From an uncultured Collinsella sp. (GTDB taxonomy: Bacteria; Actinomycetota; Coriobacteriia; Coriobacteriales; Coriobacteriaceae), in assembly GCA_958433005.1 (NCBI GenBank), contig CAUAWV010000007.1:6071-70070 (forward strand): a stretch of DNA of 64,000 bases, given 5' to 3'. The position numbers and the translations under genes are program-made. Positions 36,546-45,535 of this stretch are shown in pieces. The first letter of the stretch is position 1. Each line of letters begins with the position of its first letter. The notes under the pieces were generated by a model that saw only the letters and a list, made by a program, of their open reading frames with translations, had not been told where the DNA came from and did no database searches.

Positions 36546-38318
36546 ATGGCAGAACCTGAAAAGAAGGACTACGCTCGTCGCTGCGAAAGCCACGTCGAGG
36601 CCCTGCGTGCTGCAGTGCCGGGCGCTATCGAGAAGGTCGAATGGCAGTGCGAGGACCAGCTGACGATCACCGTCAAGCTGGACCGTCTGCCCGAGGCCGT
36701 CCACTACCTGTATTACGAGCGCTACGGCTGGATTCCTGTGATTGTCGGCAACGACGAGCGCAGCCTGTGCGGCCGTTACGCCGTGTACTACGTCATCTCC
36801 ATGGAGGGGGAGGACCCCGGCTGGGTTACCGTGCGTGCCGAGGTCGACCCCGCCAAGATGACGTTCCCGTCCGTGACGCCGTTCGTCCCCGCCTGCGTGT
36901 GGGGCGAGCGCGAGCTGCGCGATATGTTTGGCCTGATTCCCGAGGGTCTGCCCGACCGCCGTCGCCTGGTGCTTCCCGACGATTGGCCCAGCGGGCTGTA
37001 CCCGTTGCGCAAGGATTCGATGGATTACCGTTTCCGCCCCGCTCCCGCGAGCGACATGGAAAACTACGAATTCCTGGCCGACACCAAGGGCAAGGAGACT
37101 ACGCTCGTCCCCATGGGACCGCTGCACATCACCTCCGACGAGCCCGGCCACTTCCGCCTGTTCGTGGAGGGCGAGACGATCGTCGATGCCGACTACCGCC
37201 TGTTCTACGTGCATCGCGGTATGGAGAAGGTCGCCGAGACGCGCCTGAACTATGATGCCGTGACGTTCCTTGCCGACCGTATCTGCGGTATCTGCGGCTG
37301 CGCCCACTCGGTGGCCTACGCCGAGGCTGTCGAGCGCGCCCAGGGCATTCACGTCCCGCCGCGCGCGCAGTACATCCGCGCCATCATGCTCGAGGTCGAG
37401 CGCCTGCACTCGCACCTGCTCAACATTGGCCTCGCATCGCACTACACCGGCTTCGATTCCGGCTTCCAGCAGTTCTTCCGCGTTCGCGAGAAGTCCATGG
37501 ACCTGGCCGAGAAACTCTCCGGCCACCGCAAGACCTACGGCCTCAATGTGATCGGTGGCGTGCGTCGCGACATTTTGGCCGAGCAGAAACTCTCCACGCT
37601 CACGACCATCCACCAGCTGCGCTCCGAGGTCCAGGAGCTCGTCGACGTTTTGCTCTCCACGCCCAACTTTATTGAGCGCACGAGCGGCATCGGCATTCTC
37701 GACCGTAAGATCGCCCGCGACTTTTCGCCGGTCGGCCCGCTCATGCGTGGTTCGGGCTATGCCCGCGACGTGCGCTTCGACCATCCCTTCGACGGCTACG
37801 CCGATCCGGACGTCATGAAGATGCATGCCGCCACGGCCGACACCTGCGACGCCTTCGGCCGTACCGCCGTGCGTATCCAGGAGGTCTACGATTCGATCGA
37901 CATGATCGAGACCATGCTCGAGAACTGCCCGTCGGGCCCCATCCTCACCACAGATTGGGAGTACACCCCGCACAAGTACGCCATCGGCGCCACCGAGGCT
38001 CCGCGCGGCGAGGACGTGCACTGGGCCATGCTCGGCAACAACCAGAAGTGCTACCGCTGGCGCGCCAAGGCGGCCACGTACAGCAACTGGCCGGTCCTGC
38101 GCTACATGTTCCGCGGCAACACCGTGGGCGACGCGGCGCTGATCGTCGGCTCGCTCGACCCGTGCTACTCCTGCACCGACCGCGTGACGGTGACCGATGT
38201 TGCCGCCAAGCGCGACCACGTGCTCGACAAGGAGCAGTTCGAGAACGTCTGGCGCGACAAGTCGCCGCTTGCGGGCGAGGGCACCATGGCCGCTCCGCTC
38301 GATGAGGAGGCGCTCTAA
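36546..38318 (+). CDS. hyfG: [NiFe]-hydrogenase large subunit of formate hydrogenlyase, with N-terminal NuoC-like domain (HyfG/HycE).
   Basis: N-terminal NiFe ligand motif 'RICGICGCAHS'. C-terminal 'DPCYSCTDR' (DPCxxCxxR). 590 aa. Confidence 0.85.
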   Translation: MAEPEKKDYARRCESHVEALRAAVPGAIEKVEWQCEDQLTITVKLDRLPEAVHYLYYERYGWIPVIVGNDERSLCGRYAVYYVISMEGEDPGWVTVRAEVDPAKMTFPSVTPFVPACVWGERELRDMFGLIPEGLPDRRRLVLPDDWPSGLYPLRKDSMDYRFRPAPASDMENYEFLADTKGKETTLVPMGPLHITSDEPGHFRLFVEGETIVDADYRLFYVHRGMEKVAETRLNYDAVTFLADRICGICGCAHSVAYAEAVERAQGIHVPPRAQYIRAIMLEVERLHSHLLNIGLASHYTGFDSGFQQFFRVREKSMDLAEKLSGHRKTYGLNVIGGVRRDILAEQKLSTLTTIHQLRSEVQELVDVLLSTPNFIERTSGIGILDRKIARDFSPVGPLMRGSGYARDVRFDHPFDGYADPDVMKMHAATADTCDAFGRTAVRIQEVYDSIDMIETMLENCPSGPILTTDWEYTPHKYAIGATEAPRGEDVHWAMLGNNQKCYRWRAKAATYSNWPVLRYMFRGNTVGDAALIVGSLDPCYSCTDRVTVTDVAAKRDHVLDKEQFENVWRDKSPLAGEGTMAAPLDEEAL

Positions 38319-38319
38319 T

Positions 38320-39036
38320 ATGCTGAAGCTTTGGAAGGTTAACGCCAAGGCCGGCGACGCGACGGTCAAGTACCCGTTTGCGCCGTTCCCCACCAATAAG
38401 GACATGCGCGGCAAGCCCGAGCACAATGCCGAGCTCTGCATCGCCTGCGGTGCCTGCGGCGTGGCGTGCCCGGCCGATGCCATTCGCATGGACACCGACC
38501 TTGCGGCCGATACCATCACCTGGTCGATCGACTACGGTCGCTGCATCTTTTGCGGCCGCTGTGAGGAAGCCTGCCCCATGGAGGCCATCAAGCTTACCGA
38601 GGTGTTTGAGCTGGCCGTCATGAGCAAGGACGACCTCACCAGCAAGAGCGTCTATACGCTCGAGCACTGCTCGCGCTGCGGCAAGCCGTTTGCCCCGCAC
38701 AAGGAGATCGACTACGCCAAGCGCCTGCTGCAAAAGGCCGGCGGCATGGAGGCCGAGCAGGCCGCCCGTACCGTCGGTATGTGCCAGGAGTGCAAGCGCG
38801 AGCTTGACGCCCTGCGCGCCGCCTCGGCCGTAAAGACCGGCAACGCGCACGGCATGGCTGCCAACGAGACGCTTGCGTCCGGTGAGCCCCAGGGCCCCGG
38901 CATGGAGTATCTGGGCGGCCACGGCGTGAACCCGGAGTATATCGACCGCGAGCTCAACCCCGATGCGCCCGAGATTCCCGCCGGTCCTGCGCCGGTCGAG
39001 GGCATCATCATGGATTTTGATACGAAGGAGGAGTAA
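38320..39036 (+). CDS. hyfH: NuoI-like 2x[4Fe-4S] subunit (HyfH/HycF).
   Basis: 'CIACGACGVACP' and 'CIFCGRCEEACP'. ATG 38320 is 1 nt after the hyfG stop; the ORF-track upstream extension is rejected. Confidence 0.75.
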   Translation: MLKLWKVNAKAGDATVKYPFAPFPTNKDMRGKPEHNAELCIACGACGVACPADAIRMDTDLAADTITWSIDYGRCIFCGRCEEACPMEAIKLTEVFELAVMSKDDLTSKSVYTLEHCSRCGKPFAPHKEIDYAKRLLQKAGGMEAEQAARTVGMCQECKRELDALRAASAVKTGNAHGMAANETLASGEPQGPGMEYLGGHGVNPEYIDRELNPDAPEIPAGPAPVEGIIMDFDTKEE

Positions 39037-39038
39037 CC

Positions 39039-39821
39039 ATGGCCGAACCCACGCTTTTGCCCGAGCGGCTTCAGTACCGCCCGACCAAGATCGAGCTCGA
39101 CGAGAGCATCGAGAAGGCCAAGGCGACCCTTCTTAAGAAGATCAAGCGCTCGGTGTACGTCTACCGTGTCGACTGCGGCGGCTGCAACGGCTGCGAGATC
39201 GAGATCTTCGGTTCCATCACGCCCGTCTTTGACGTCGAGCGTTTTGGTATTAAGGTCGTCCCGTCGCCCCGCCACGCCGATGTGCTGCTGTACACCGGCG
39301 CCGTGACGCGTGCCATGCGCATGCCGGCCCTGCGCGCCTTTGAGGCCGCACCCGATCCCAAGATCGTGGTGTCCTATGGCGCGTGCGGCTGCACCGGTGG
39401 CATCTTCTACGACAACTATTGCGTCTGGGGCGGCACGGACAAGATTCTGCCGGTCGATGTCTACATCCCCGGCTGCCCGCCCAGTCCCGCGCAGACCATC
39501 TACGGCTTTGCCATGGCACTTGGCCTGCTGGACCAAAAGCTCCATGCCGAGACCACGGTGGAGGCCGCCGGCGAGCAGGCCGATATCCTGCACCTCGGCG
39601 TGCCGTACAAGCTGCGCGTTGCCATCGAGCGCGAGGCTCGCGCCATGAGCGGCTACCGTTACGGCCGCGACCTGGCCAATGAGTTCATGGATACGCTCGA
39701 GGGCGCGCCCAAGGGCGATATCCGCGGTGCCATGGCGCTGCTCATCGACAAGCAGGACGATCCGCGCCGCGTCGAGGTGTACTCGGCGCTGCAGGATCTG
39801 GTGCTGGCCGGAGGTCGCTAG
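39039..39821 (+). CDS. hyfI: [NiFe]-hydrogenase small subunit, NuoB-like (HyfI/HycG).
   Basis: 'VDCGGCNGCEIE', 'GACGCTGGI', 'IPGCPPSP' are the NuoB/HycG cluster-N2-type cysteines. Confidence 0.8.
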   Translation: MAEPTLLPERLQYRPTKIELDESIEKAKATLLKKIKRSVYVYRVDCGGCNGCEIEIFGSITPVFDVERFGIKVVPSPRHADVLLYTGAVTRAMRMPALRAFEAAPDPKIVVSYGACGCTGGIFYDNYCVWGGTDKILPVDVYIPGCPPSPAQTIYGFAMALGLLDQKLHAETTVEAAGEQADILHLGVPYKLRVAIEREARAMSGYRYGRDLANEFMDTLEGAPKGDIRGAMALLIDKQDDPRRVEVYSALQDLVLAGGR

Positions 39822-40403
39822 ATGGAGCTCACGGACCGCTCTGGTTACTTTGCGGGCCCCGGTATGCTCGGCGGCTCCTTTGGCGATGCCTCGCGCGCAA
39901 GCGACGAGGCCGCCGAGGGCGTCGCCGACCCCTGCCTGGGCCATGCGCCCGACCAGGTGGTCTTTTACGAGCTCACGCGTAAGTTTGTGGAGACCGAGGA
40001 AGACGTTCCCCAGGAGGCCTGCGACGTGCTGTACTACACGCTCGCCGTGGGCCACCACACCGGCGTGCTCGACTGCTTTGAGCCGCGTCTGTCGGTGCCG
40101 GTGGATGTGTTCTATTCGCTCGTCGACGCGCTGCCGGAGGGGGAGGCCAAGACCAAGTTTGAGGCCATCCGCTCCTTTGGTGAGTGCCAGCTCGACAAGG
40201 CGGCGGTGCCGTCGCTGCTCGAGGTCTGCGATGCGCTGCTCGACGAGCGCGGTTTTCGCGGGTCGGCCAAGGCCGGCATCTCGGTGTTCGACGACGACTT
40301 TGGTCTTCATGCCCAGCAGGTCGCGTTTCTGATGAAGTTTCGCGATCTGGTGGAGCGCGTGCGCGATGTGTCGGGCGTGTATCTGACGGGGAGGTTGCAG
40401 TAA
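39822..40403 (+). CDS. hycH: Formate hydrogenlyase maturation protein HycH/HyfJ-like.
   Basis: Called by its position between the small subunit and hycI. Acidic 193-aa protein. Similarity is weak and from memory only. Confidence 0.5.
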   Translation: MELTDRSGYFAGPGMLGGSFGDASRASDEAAEGVADPCLGHAPDQVVFYELTRKFVETEEDVPQEACDVLYYTLAVGHHTGVLDCFEPRLSVPVDVFYSLVDALPEGEAKTKFEAIRSFGECQLDKAAVPSLLEVCDALLDERGFRGSAKAGISVFDDDFGLHAQQVAFLMKFRDLVERVRDVSGVYLTGRLQ

Positions 40404-40906
40404 TGGGTTGCGTTGTGGACGGACGTGTGAACGGCGCCCCGTTTGCGGGTATCGTGCTCACGGCGGGAAGCGTGTTGCGTGCCGACGATGCCGCCGGCCC
40501 CGTGCTCTCCAAAAAGATGGAGGACGCGCCCATTGCCGGTTGGTACACCATCGACGGTGGCCAAACGCCCGAGGATGACATCATCGAGGTCAAGCGCGAG
40601 CGTCCGCCTCGCCTGGTCTTGGTCGATGCCGCCGACATGGCGCTGCCCGTCGGGTCCATCCGTTTGCTCGACAAGCGCGATGTGGCCCGCAAGTCGATGT
40701 TCACCACGCATTCGCTTCCCTTGTCGATTCTGATCGAAGAGATTGAGCAATCGTGCGATGATATCGTCTTCGTCGGGATTCAGCCGGGCGACACGGAGTT
40801 CTACAACCCCATGTCCTCGGAAGTCTTTGACGCCGTCGACGCCGTGTACCACGCCGTGGCCGCCAACGACTTTTCCCACTTTGTTCGCTTGGGGCAAGAG
40901 CAATAG
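40403..40906 (+). CDS. hycI: Hydrogenase-3-type maturation endopeptidase HycI.
   Basis: About 167 aa. 'RLVLVDAADMALPVGSIRLLD' resembles the HycI/HybD protease core (metal-binding D). ATG 40403 overlaps the hycH stop. The ORF-track extension is rejected. Confidence 0.65.
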   Translation: MGCVVDGRVNGAPFAGIVLTAGSVLRADDAAGPVLSKKMEDAPIAGWYTIDGGQTPEDDIIEVKRERPPRLVLVDAADMALPVGSIRLLDKRDVARKSMFTTHSLPLSILIEEIEQSCDDIVFVGIQPGDTEFYNPMSSEVFDAVDAVYHAVAANDFSHFVRLGQEQ

Positions 40907-40945
40907 GAGCGCTTGTCCCTGCTGATTAGGAAAGAAGTGATTGAC

Positions 40946-41785
40946 ATGGCAGATTCCAAGGTGGAGTATCCCGCTCCCGATTGCCTGGCGCCCGCCGCGA
41001 TCGAGGCCAAGACCGAGGCCGCCGGCGTGACCAAGGCCAACCTGCCGGTCGCTAAGGCCTTTCTGTTGGCAATGTTCGCCGGTGCGTTCATTGCCTTCGG
41101 CGGTCTGTTCTTTACGGTGTTTTTGAGCGACAACACGCTGGGCTGGGGTGCCCAGCGCGTCGTGGGCGGCCTGTGCTTTTGCCTGGGCCTGGTGCTGGTA
41201 CTGGTGTGCGGCGCCGAGCTGTTTACTGGCAATTCGCTTATGGTCTGTGCGCTCAAGAGCAAAAAGATCACCCTGGCTCAGATGCTCAAGGCCTGGGTCG
41301 TCGTGTGGGTCGGCAATTTTGTCGGTGCTCTGTTCATTGTCTTTTTGGTGTACATGGCCGGCATTTACAAGCTCAACGGCGAGGCGGTTGCCAATTCCAT
41401 GGTGAGCGTCGCCGCCGGCAAGGTGACGATCGACTGGGTGACGATCTTCTTCCGCGGCATCCTGTGCAACATCTTTGTGTGCCTGGCCGTGTGGATTGGT
41501 ACCGCCGGCAAGACCGTGGTCGATAAGGTTGTGGGCATTCTGCTGCCCATCGCTGCCTTTGTGGCCTGCGGTTTTGAGCACTGCGTTGCCAACATGTACT
41601 TTTTGCCCATGGGTGCCGTAATGCATGCATGCGGCTATGGTGCCAAGGTCGCTGGTGCCGATGCGCTTAACGTCGCGGGCATTGCGTTTAACCTATCCGC
41701 CGCCACGCTGGGTAACATTGTGGGCGGCGCGGTTCTGGTGGCGCTCGGCTACTGGTTTATCTACGCCAAGAAGTCCGAGGCGTAA
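40946..41785 (+). CDS. focA: Formate channel (FNT family) FocA/FocB.
   Basis: FNT signatures 'FLLAMFAGAFIAFGGLFF', 'LVCGAELFTGN', 'CGFEHCVANMYFLP'. An alternative TTG start lies at 40913. Confidence 0.85.
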   Translation: MADSKVEYPAPDCLAPAAIEAKTEAAGVTKANLPVAKAFLLAMFAGAFIAFGGLFFTVFLSDNTLGWGAQRVVGGLCFCLGLVLVLVCGAELFTGNSLMVCALKSKKITLAQMLKAWVVVWVGNFVGALFIVFLVYMAGIYKLNGEAVANSMVSVAAGKVTIDWVTIFFRGILCNIFVCLAVWIGTAGKTVVDKVVGILLPIAAFVACGFEHCVANMYFLPMGAVMHACGYGAKVAGADALNVAGIAFNLSAATLGNIVGGAVLVALGYWFIYAKKSEA

Positions 41786-41907
41786 GGTACCGTCTGTTTG
41801 ACGTTGGGCCTCCCGCGGGGCGTTGCCGTGCGGGAGGCTTTTTTGGCCTGGGGCCCGGTGCCGGGCTGTTGACCTGTTGTGTTTGGCTGGTGAAAGGGGT
41901 AATCGAG

Positions 41908-44025
41908 ATGGCATCTGCTGTGGAGCGTGACGGTCGCGCCGTGGTGACCACATGCGGGGGATGCTATGCCGATTGCGCCTTTGCGGCACGCGTTGAGGAC
42001 GGCTGCGTGGTGGCCGAGTTGCCGGTGCCGGGGCACCCGTGCGCTGCGCGTGCCCTGTGCGCCCGCGGACGGCATCGCCTGGCAATGCCGTTTGACGAGC
42101 GCGACCGCATCGTGCACCCCATGCGCCGACGAGCTGATGGCTCGGGGTTCGATGCGATTTCGTGGGACGAGGCGTTTGCCCAGATTGCCGAGCGTCTTTT
42201 GGGGATTGTTGACGAACGTGGCCCCCGTGCGCTGGGCATGACGCTCGGCGTGCCCTCGTTCGACCGCTACTGGGCATATCGCTTTATGCATGCGCTGGGC
42301 TCGCCCAACGTGTATGGTGCCGACGGAGCCTGCGAGGTAAGCCGACTTACCGGTTGGGAGCACAGCCTAGGCTACAGCCCCGCCTCCGACCTGGCACATA
42401 CCGATTGCATCATGTACCTGGGGCGTTCCATTGTCGATTCGTCGACGATGGGGTCCGTTGATGCGCTCAACGATGCACGCCGGCGCGGGGCGAAGATCAT
42501 CGTTGTCGACCCCCGGCGCAGCGGCTCGGCTGCGCTTGCCGACCGCTGGCTGCGCGTGCGCCCGGGCTGCGATTTGGCGTTGCTGCTGGGTATCGCACAT
42601 GTGTTGATTGCCGAGGACCTGTACGATCACGAGTTCGTTGACCGCTATACCACAGGCTTTGACGAGCTGGCGCAGGCGGCCCGTGCTTGGACGCCCGAGT
42701 GGGCCGAGTCGATGTGCGACGTGCCGGCCGCAGAGATTGTCGCCACGGCGCGCGATCTCGCTGCCGCCGCGCCTGCCGCTGTGGTGGATGCGGGCTTTCA
42801 TGGTGGCATCGGTATCGCGTATGCCAATAGCACCCAGACCGCGCGCGCTATCTGCTTGGTCGATGTGCTGCTGGGCTGCATCGGGCATGCGGGTGGCGCG
42901 CTCAATCCGCCCACGCCGCTTGTGTTGGGCGACCTCGATTCCGCGCGCTTTGCGACGCCGCCGGTACCGCGCGGGCCCAAGCTGGGGTCCGAGCGCTATC
43001 CACTGGTCGATCCGGTGCGCGGCCTGTGCACGACCATCGGCCAGTCGATTCTGACCGGCGATTTGCGTGGGCTCATCGTCTATGCCAGTAACCCCGGTGC
43101 GGGCTATGGCAATGCACAGGCTTGGTTGGGTATTTTGCAGCAGCTCGACTTGCTCGTGACGATTGATATCCGCTGGTCCGAGACAGCGCGCGCTTCTGAC
43201 TTCGTGCTGCCCGATGTGACGTATCTGGAGGCCGACCGCGGTGTGGGCACAGTCGTGTGTGCCAACGATTCGCGGGTGTTCTACCGCAACGCCGTGCTGC
43301 CTGTGCAGCATGACGACACACGTCCCGGTCGGGAGATTTTTGCCGGTCTGGCGCAGGCGTGTGGGGCTGGCGAGTACTTCCGGTTTACGTCTGACGACCT
43401 GGCGGCTGCCCAGGTGGCGCCTTTTGGGATCGATCTGGACGAGCTCAAGGAGCGCGGCTGGGCCGACACGGGTGTTGCGTTGCCGTCGCGTACGGGCGAG
43501 CCGGCGATTCCCTTGGATGGCGGCAAAATTGCGCTGGCAAGCGACGTATGGGAACGAGCCGGCCTGGGTCGTGTACCCAACTGGATCGCCCCCATGGTGG
43601 AGCCGGGCCTGGGGATGTTTCGCCTCATTAGCGGCAACCGTCCCTTTGAGTCGCATACCTCGCGAAGGCTCGCGGCCCAAGGTGCCGCCGAGGCTGGGTC
43701 GGACCTGGATGCCGTGCAGATGAATGTCGATGCTGCCGCGCACATGGGCATCGCCGACGGCGAGATCGTCGAACTCGTGAGTGATATGGGCCGCGACCGC
43801 GTGCGCGTGGAGACGACGCCTTATCTGCATCCGGCGTGCATCTTTACGTCGGCCGCCCCCGGCGGGCGTTCGCTTTGCGCCGATGCCGGTGGCGCTCAAG
43901 CCTTGGGCGTGGGCCCGCTCGACCATACGCCGTTGCGTTGGGACCCGTTGACGGGTGCCGCGCTCACTCAGGAAAACGCCGTTCGCGTGGAAAAGATCGT
44001 CGCGCGCGGGGATAATGACGAGTAA
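41908..44025 (+). CDS. Molybdopterin (bis-MGD) oxidoreductase catalytic subunit of unknown substrate, apparently cytoplasmic (no twin-arginine signal).
   Basis: N-terminal Cys cluster 'TCGGCYADC...C'. MGD-fold regions ('IIVVDPRRS', 'PGCDLALLLGIAHVLI'). C-terminal 'GIADGEIVELVSDMGRDRVRVETT' beta-barrel. ATG 41908 follows an 'aaagggg' RBS. Confidence 0.7.
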   Translation: MASAVERDGRAVVTTCGGCYADCAFAARVEDGCVVAELPVPGHPCAARALCARGRHRLAMPFDERDRIVHPMRRRADGSGFDAISWDEAFAQIAERLLGIVDERGPRALGMTLGVPSFDRYWAYRFMHALGSPNVYGADGACEVSRLTGWEHSLGYSPASDLAHTDCIMYLGRSIVDSSTMGSVDALNDARRRGAKIIVVDPRRSGSAALADRWLRVRPGCDLALLLGIAHVLIAEDLYDHEFVDRYTTGFDELAQAARAWTPEWAESMCDVPAAEIVATARDLAAAAPAAVVDAGFHGGIGIAYANSTQTARAICLVDVLLGCIGHAGGALNPPTPLVLGDLDSARFATPPVPRGPKLGSERYPLVDPVRGLCTTIGQSILTGDLRGLIVYASNPGAGYGNAQAWLGILQQLDLLVTIDIRWSETARASDFVLPDVTYLEADRGVGTVVCANDSRVFYRNAVLPVQHDDTRPGREIFAGLAQACGAGEYFRFTSDDLAAAQVAPFGIDLDELKERGWADTGVALPSRTGEPAIPLDGGKIALASDVWERAGLGRVPNWIAPMVEPGLGMFRLISGNRPFESHTSRRLAAQGAAEAGSDLDAVQMNVDAAAHMGIADGEIVELVSDMGRDRVRVETTPYLHPACIFTSAAPGGRSLCADAGGAQALGVGPLDHTPLRWDPLTGAALTQENAVRVEKIVARGDNDE

Positions 44026-44077
44026 TTGACTCAGCTGATGTATTCGACTGATCCACGTTTCTTTTGAAAGGCCGCAC

Positions 44078-45535
44078 ATGAGCGATAGCCAGAACATGTC
44101 CGATGAGGTGCGCGCCCGCCTGCGCGCCATTCCTTCCGTCAACGAGCTGCTTGCCGAGTGGCCGGTGGTGAAGGCGGCGGGGGAGACCTGCGACGCGGTG
44201 GTGCACGCCGCCGTCACGGCCGAACTCGACGAGGAGCGCGCCGCCATTCGCGCCGGTGCCGCCCCGCGCTCTAAGCGCGACCTGGCCTCGGCCATCGAGT
44301 GGCGTGCGCATCGCTCCGCACTGCCGAGCCTGCGCCCCGCCGTCAACGCCACGGGTGTGGTCATCCATACCAATCTGGGCCGTGCCCCGCTTGCGGAGTC
44401 GGCGGCAAAGGCCGTGGCCGAGGTTGCGCGCGGGTATAGCACGCTCGAGTACAGCGTCGACACCTGTTCGCGCGGGTCGCGCAAGGAGCACGCCGCGCAA
44501 CTGATCCGCTCGCTCACCGGTGCCGAGGACGCGCTGGTCGTCAACAACAATGCCGCCGCGGTGCTGCTGGTGCTTGCCACCCATGCCGCGGGCAAAGAGG
44601 TCATCGTGAGCCGCGGCGAGCTTGTCGAGATCGGCGGCAGCTTCCGCATCCCCGATGTCATGGAGGCCTCGGGTGCCAAGCTCGTTGAGGTCGGGGCCAC
44701 CAACCGCACGCACCTGTCGGACTACGAGCGCGCCATCACGCCCGATACGGCGATGATCCTCAAGGTCCATCCTTCTAACTATCGCATTGAGGGTTTCCAC
44801 GAGGAGGTGGGCTCTCGGGAGCTTGCGGCGCTTGCTCACAAGCATGGCCTGCTGTTCTACGAGGACCAGGGTTCGGGCGCGCTGCTGCCCGACGACATCT
44901 TGGTGCGCGGCGGCGAGGAGCCCACACCGGTTTCGGTCGCGGCGGGGCTCGATCTGGTGTCTTGCTCGGGCGATAAGCTGCTCGGAGCCGCACAGGCGGG
45001 CATTATCATGGGCCGTCGCGATCTGGTCCAGGCCTGTGGGTCGCATCCGCTTATGCGCGCCCTGCGCCCGGGCAAGTTGGCGCTCACGGCGCTCGAGGCC
45101 ACGCTGCGCATCTACATGGACGGCGCCGATGTTGCCCATCGCGATATTCCGGTGCTCAGCATGCTTACGCTGCCGCAGGCTCATTTGGAGCGACGTGCCC
45201 GTAAGCTGCGTGATCGTATGGTCGCCGGGCTCGATAAGGCTGGTTGCCCGTGTGCCGTTGAGTTGGAGATTGTCGAGGAATCGTCGACCCCCGGTGGCGG
45301 CTCGCTGCCTACCGTGGAGCTGCCCACGATGTGCGTTGCCGTGCGTCTTGTTGACGAGCGCCTGACGGTCGATGCGCTCAAGCGCTCTCTTGTCCAGGAC
45401 TTCGACACGCCGGTCGTCACGCGAACCTCGCACGATCGCATTTTGTTTGACGTCCGTACGCTCGTGGGCGATCGCGATATCGAGACGGCGGCATCGACGC
45501 TCGTCGCGTGCGTTGAGAAGGCGATTGTTCGATGA
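44078..45535 (+). CDS. selA: L-seryl-tRNA(Sec) selenium transferase SelA.
   Basis: PLP-lysine motif 'CSGDKLLGAAQAGIIMG'. 'NATGVVIHTNLGRAPL'. 485 aa. Confidence 0.85.
   Translation: MSDSQNMSDEVRARLRAIPSVNELLAEWPVVKAAGETCDAVVHAAVTAELDEERAAIRAGAAPRSKRDLASAIEWRAHRSALPSLRPAVNATGVVIHTNLGRAPLAESAAKAVAEVARGYSTLEYSVDTCSRGSRKEHAAQLIRSLTGAEDALVVNNNAAAVLLVLATHAAGKEVIVSRGELVEIGGSFRIPDVMEASGAKLVEVGATNRTHLSDYERAITPDTAMILKVHPSNYRIEGFHEEVGSRELAALAHKHGLLFYEDQGSGALLPDDILVRGGEEPTPVSVAAGLDLVSCSGDKLLGAAQAGIIMGRRDLVQACGSHPLMRALRPGKLALTALEATLRIYMDGADVAHRDIPVLSMLTLPQAHLERRARKLRDRMVAGLDKAGCPCAVELEIVEESSTPGGGSLPTVELPTMCVAVRLVDERLTVDALKRSLVQDFDTPVVTRTSHDRILFDVRTLVGDRDIETAASTLVACVEKAIVR

Noticed and set aside
36507-38519. 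670-aa ORF on the - strand
   Set aside because: Antisense to hyfG, whose identity is secured by the NiFe ligand motifs. The same logic rejects 29824..31695, 31890..32930, 32854..34320, 35252..36547 and 38712..40310.
42367-44709. 780-aa ORF on the - strand
   Set aside because: Antisense to the molybdopterin oxidoreductase and selA. No homology features. 43964..45433 and 45181..46179 are likewise rejected.
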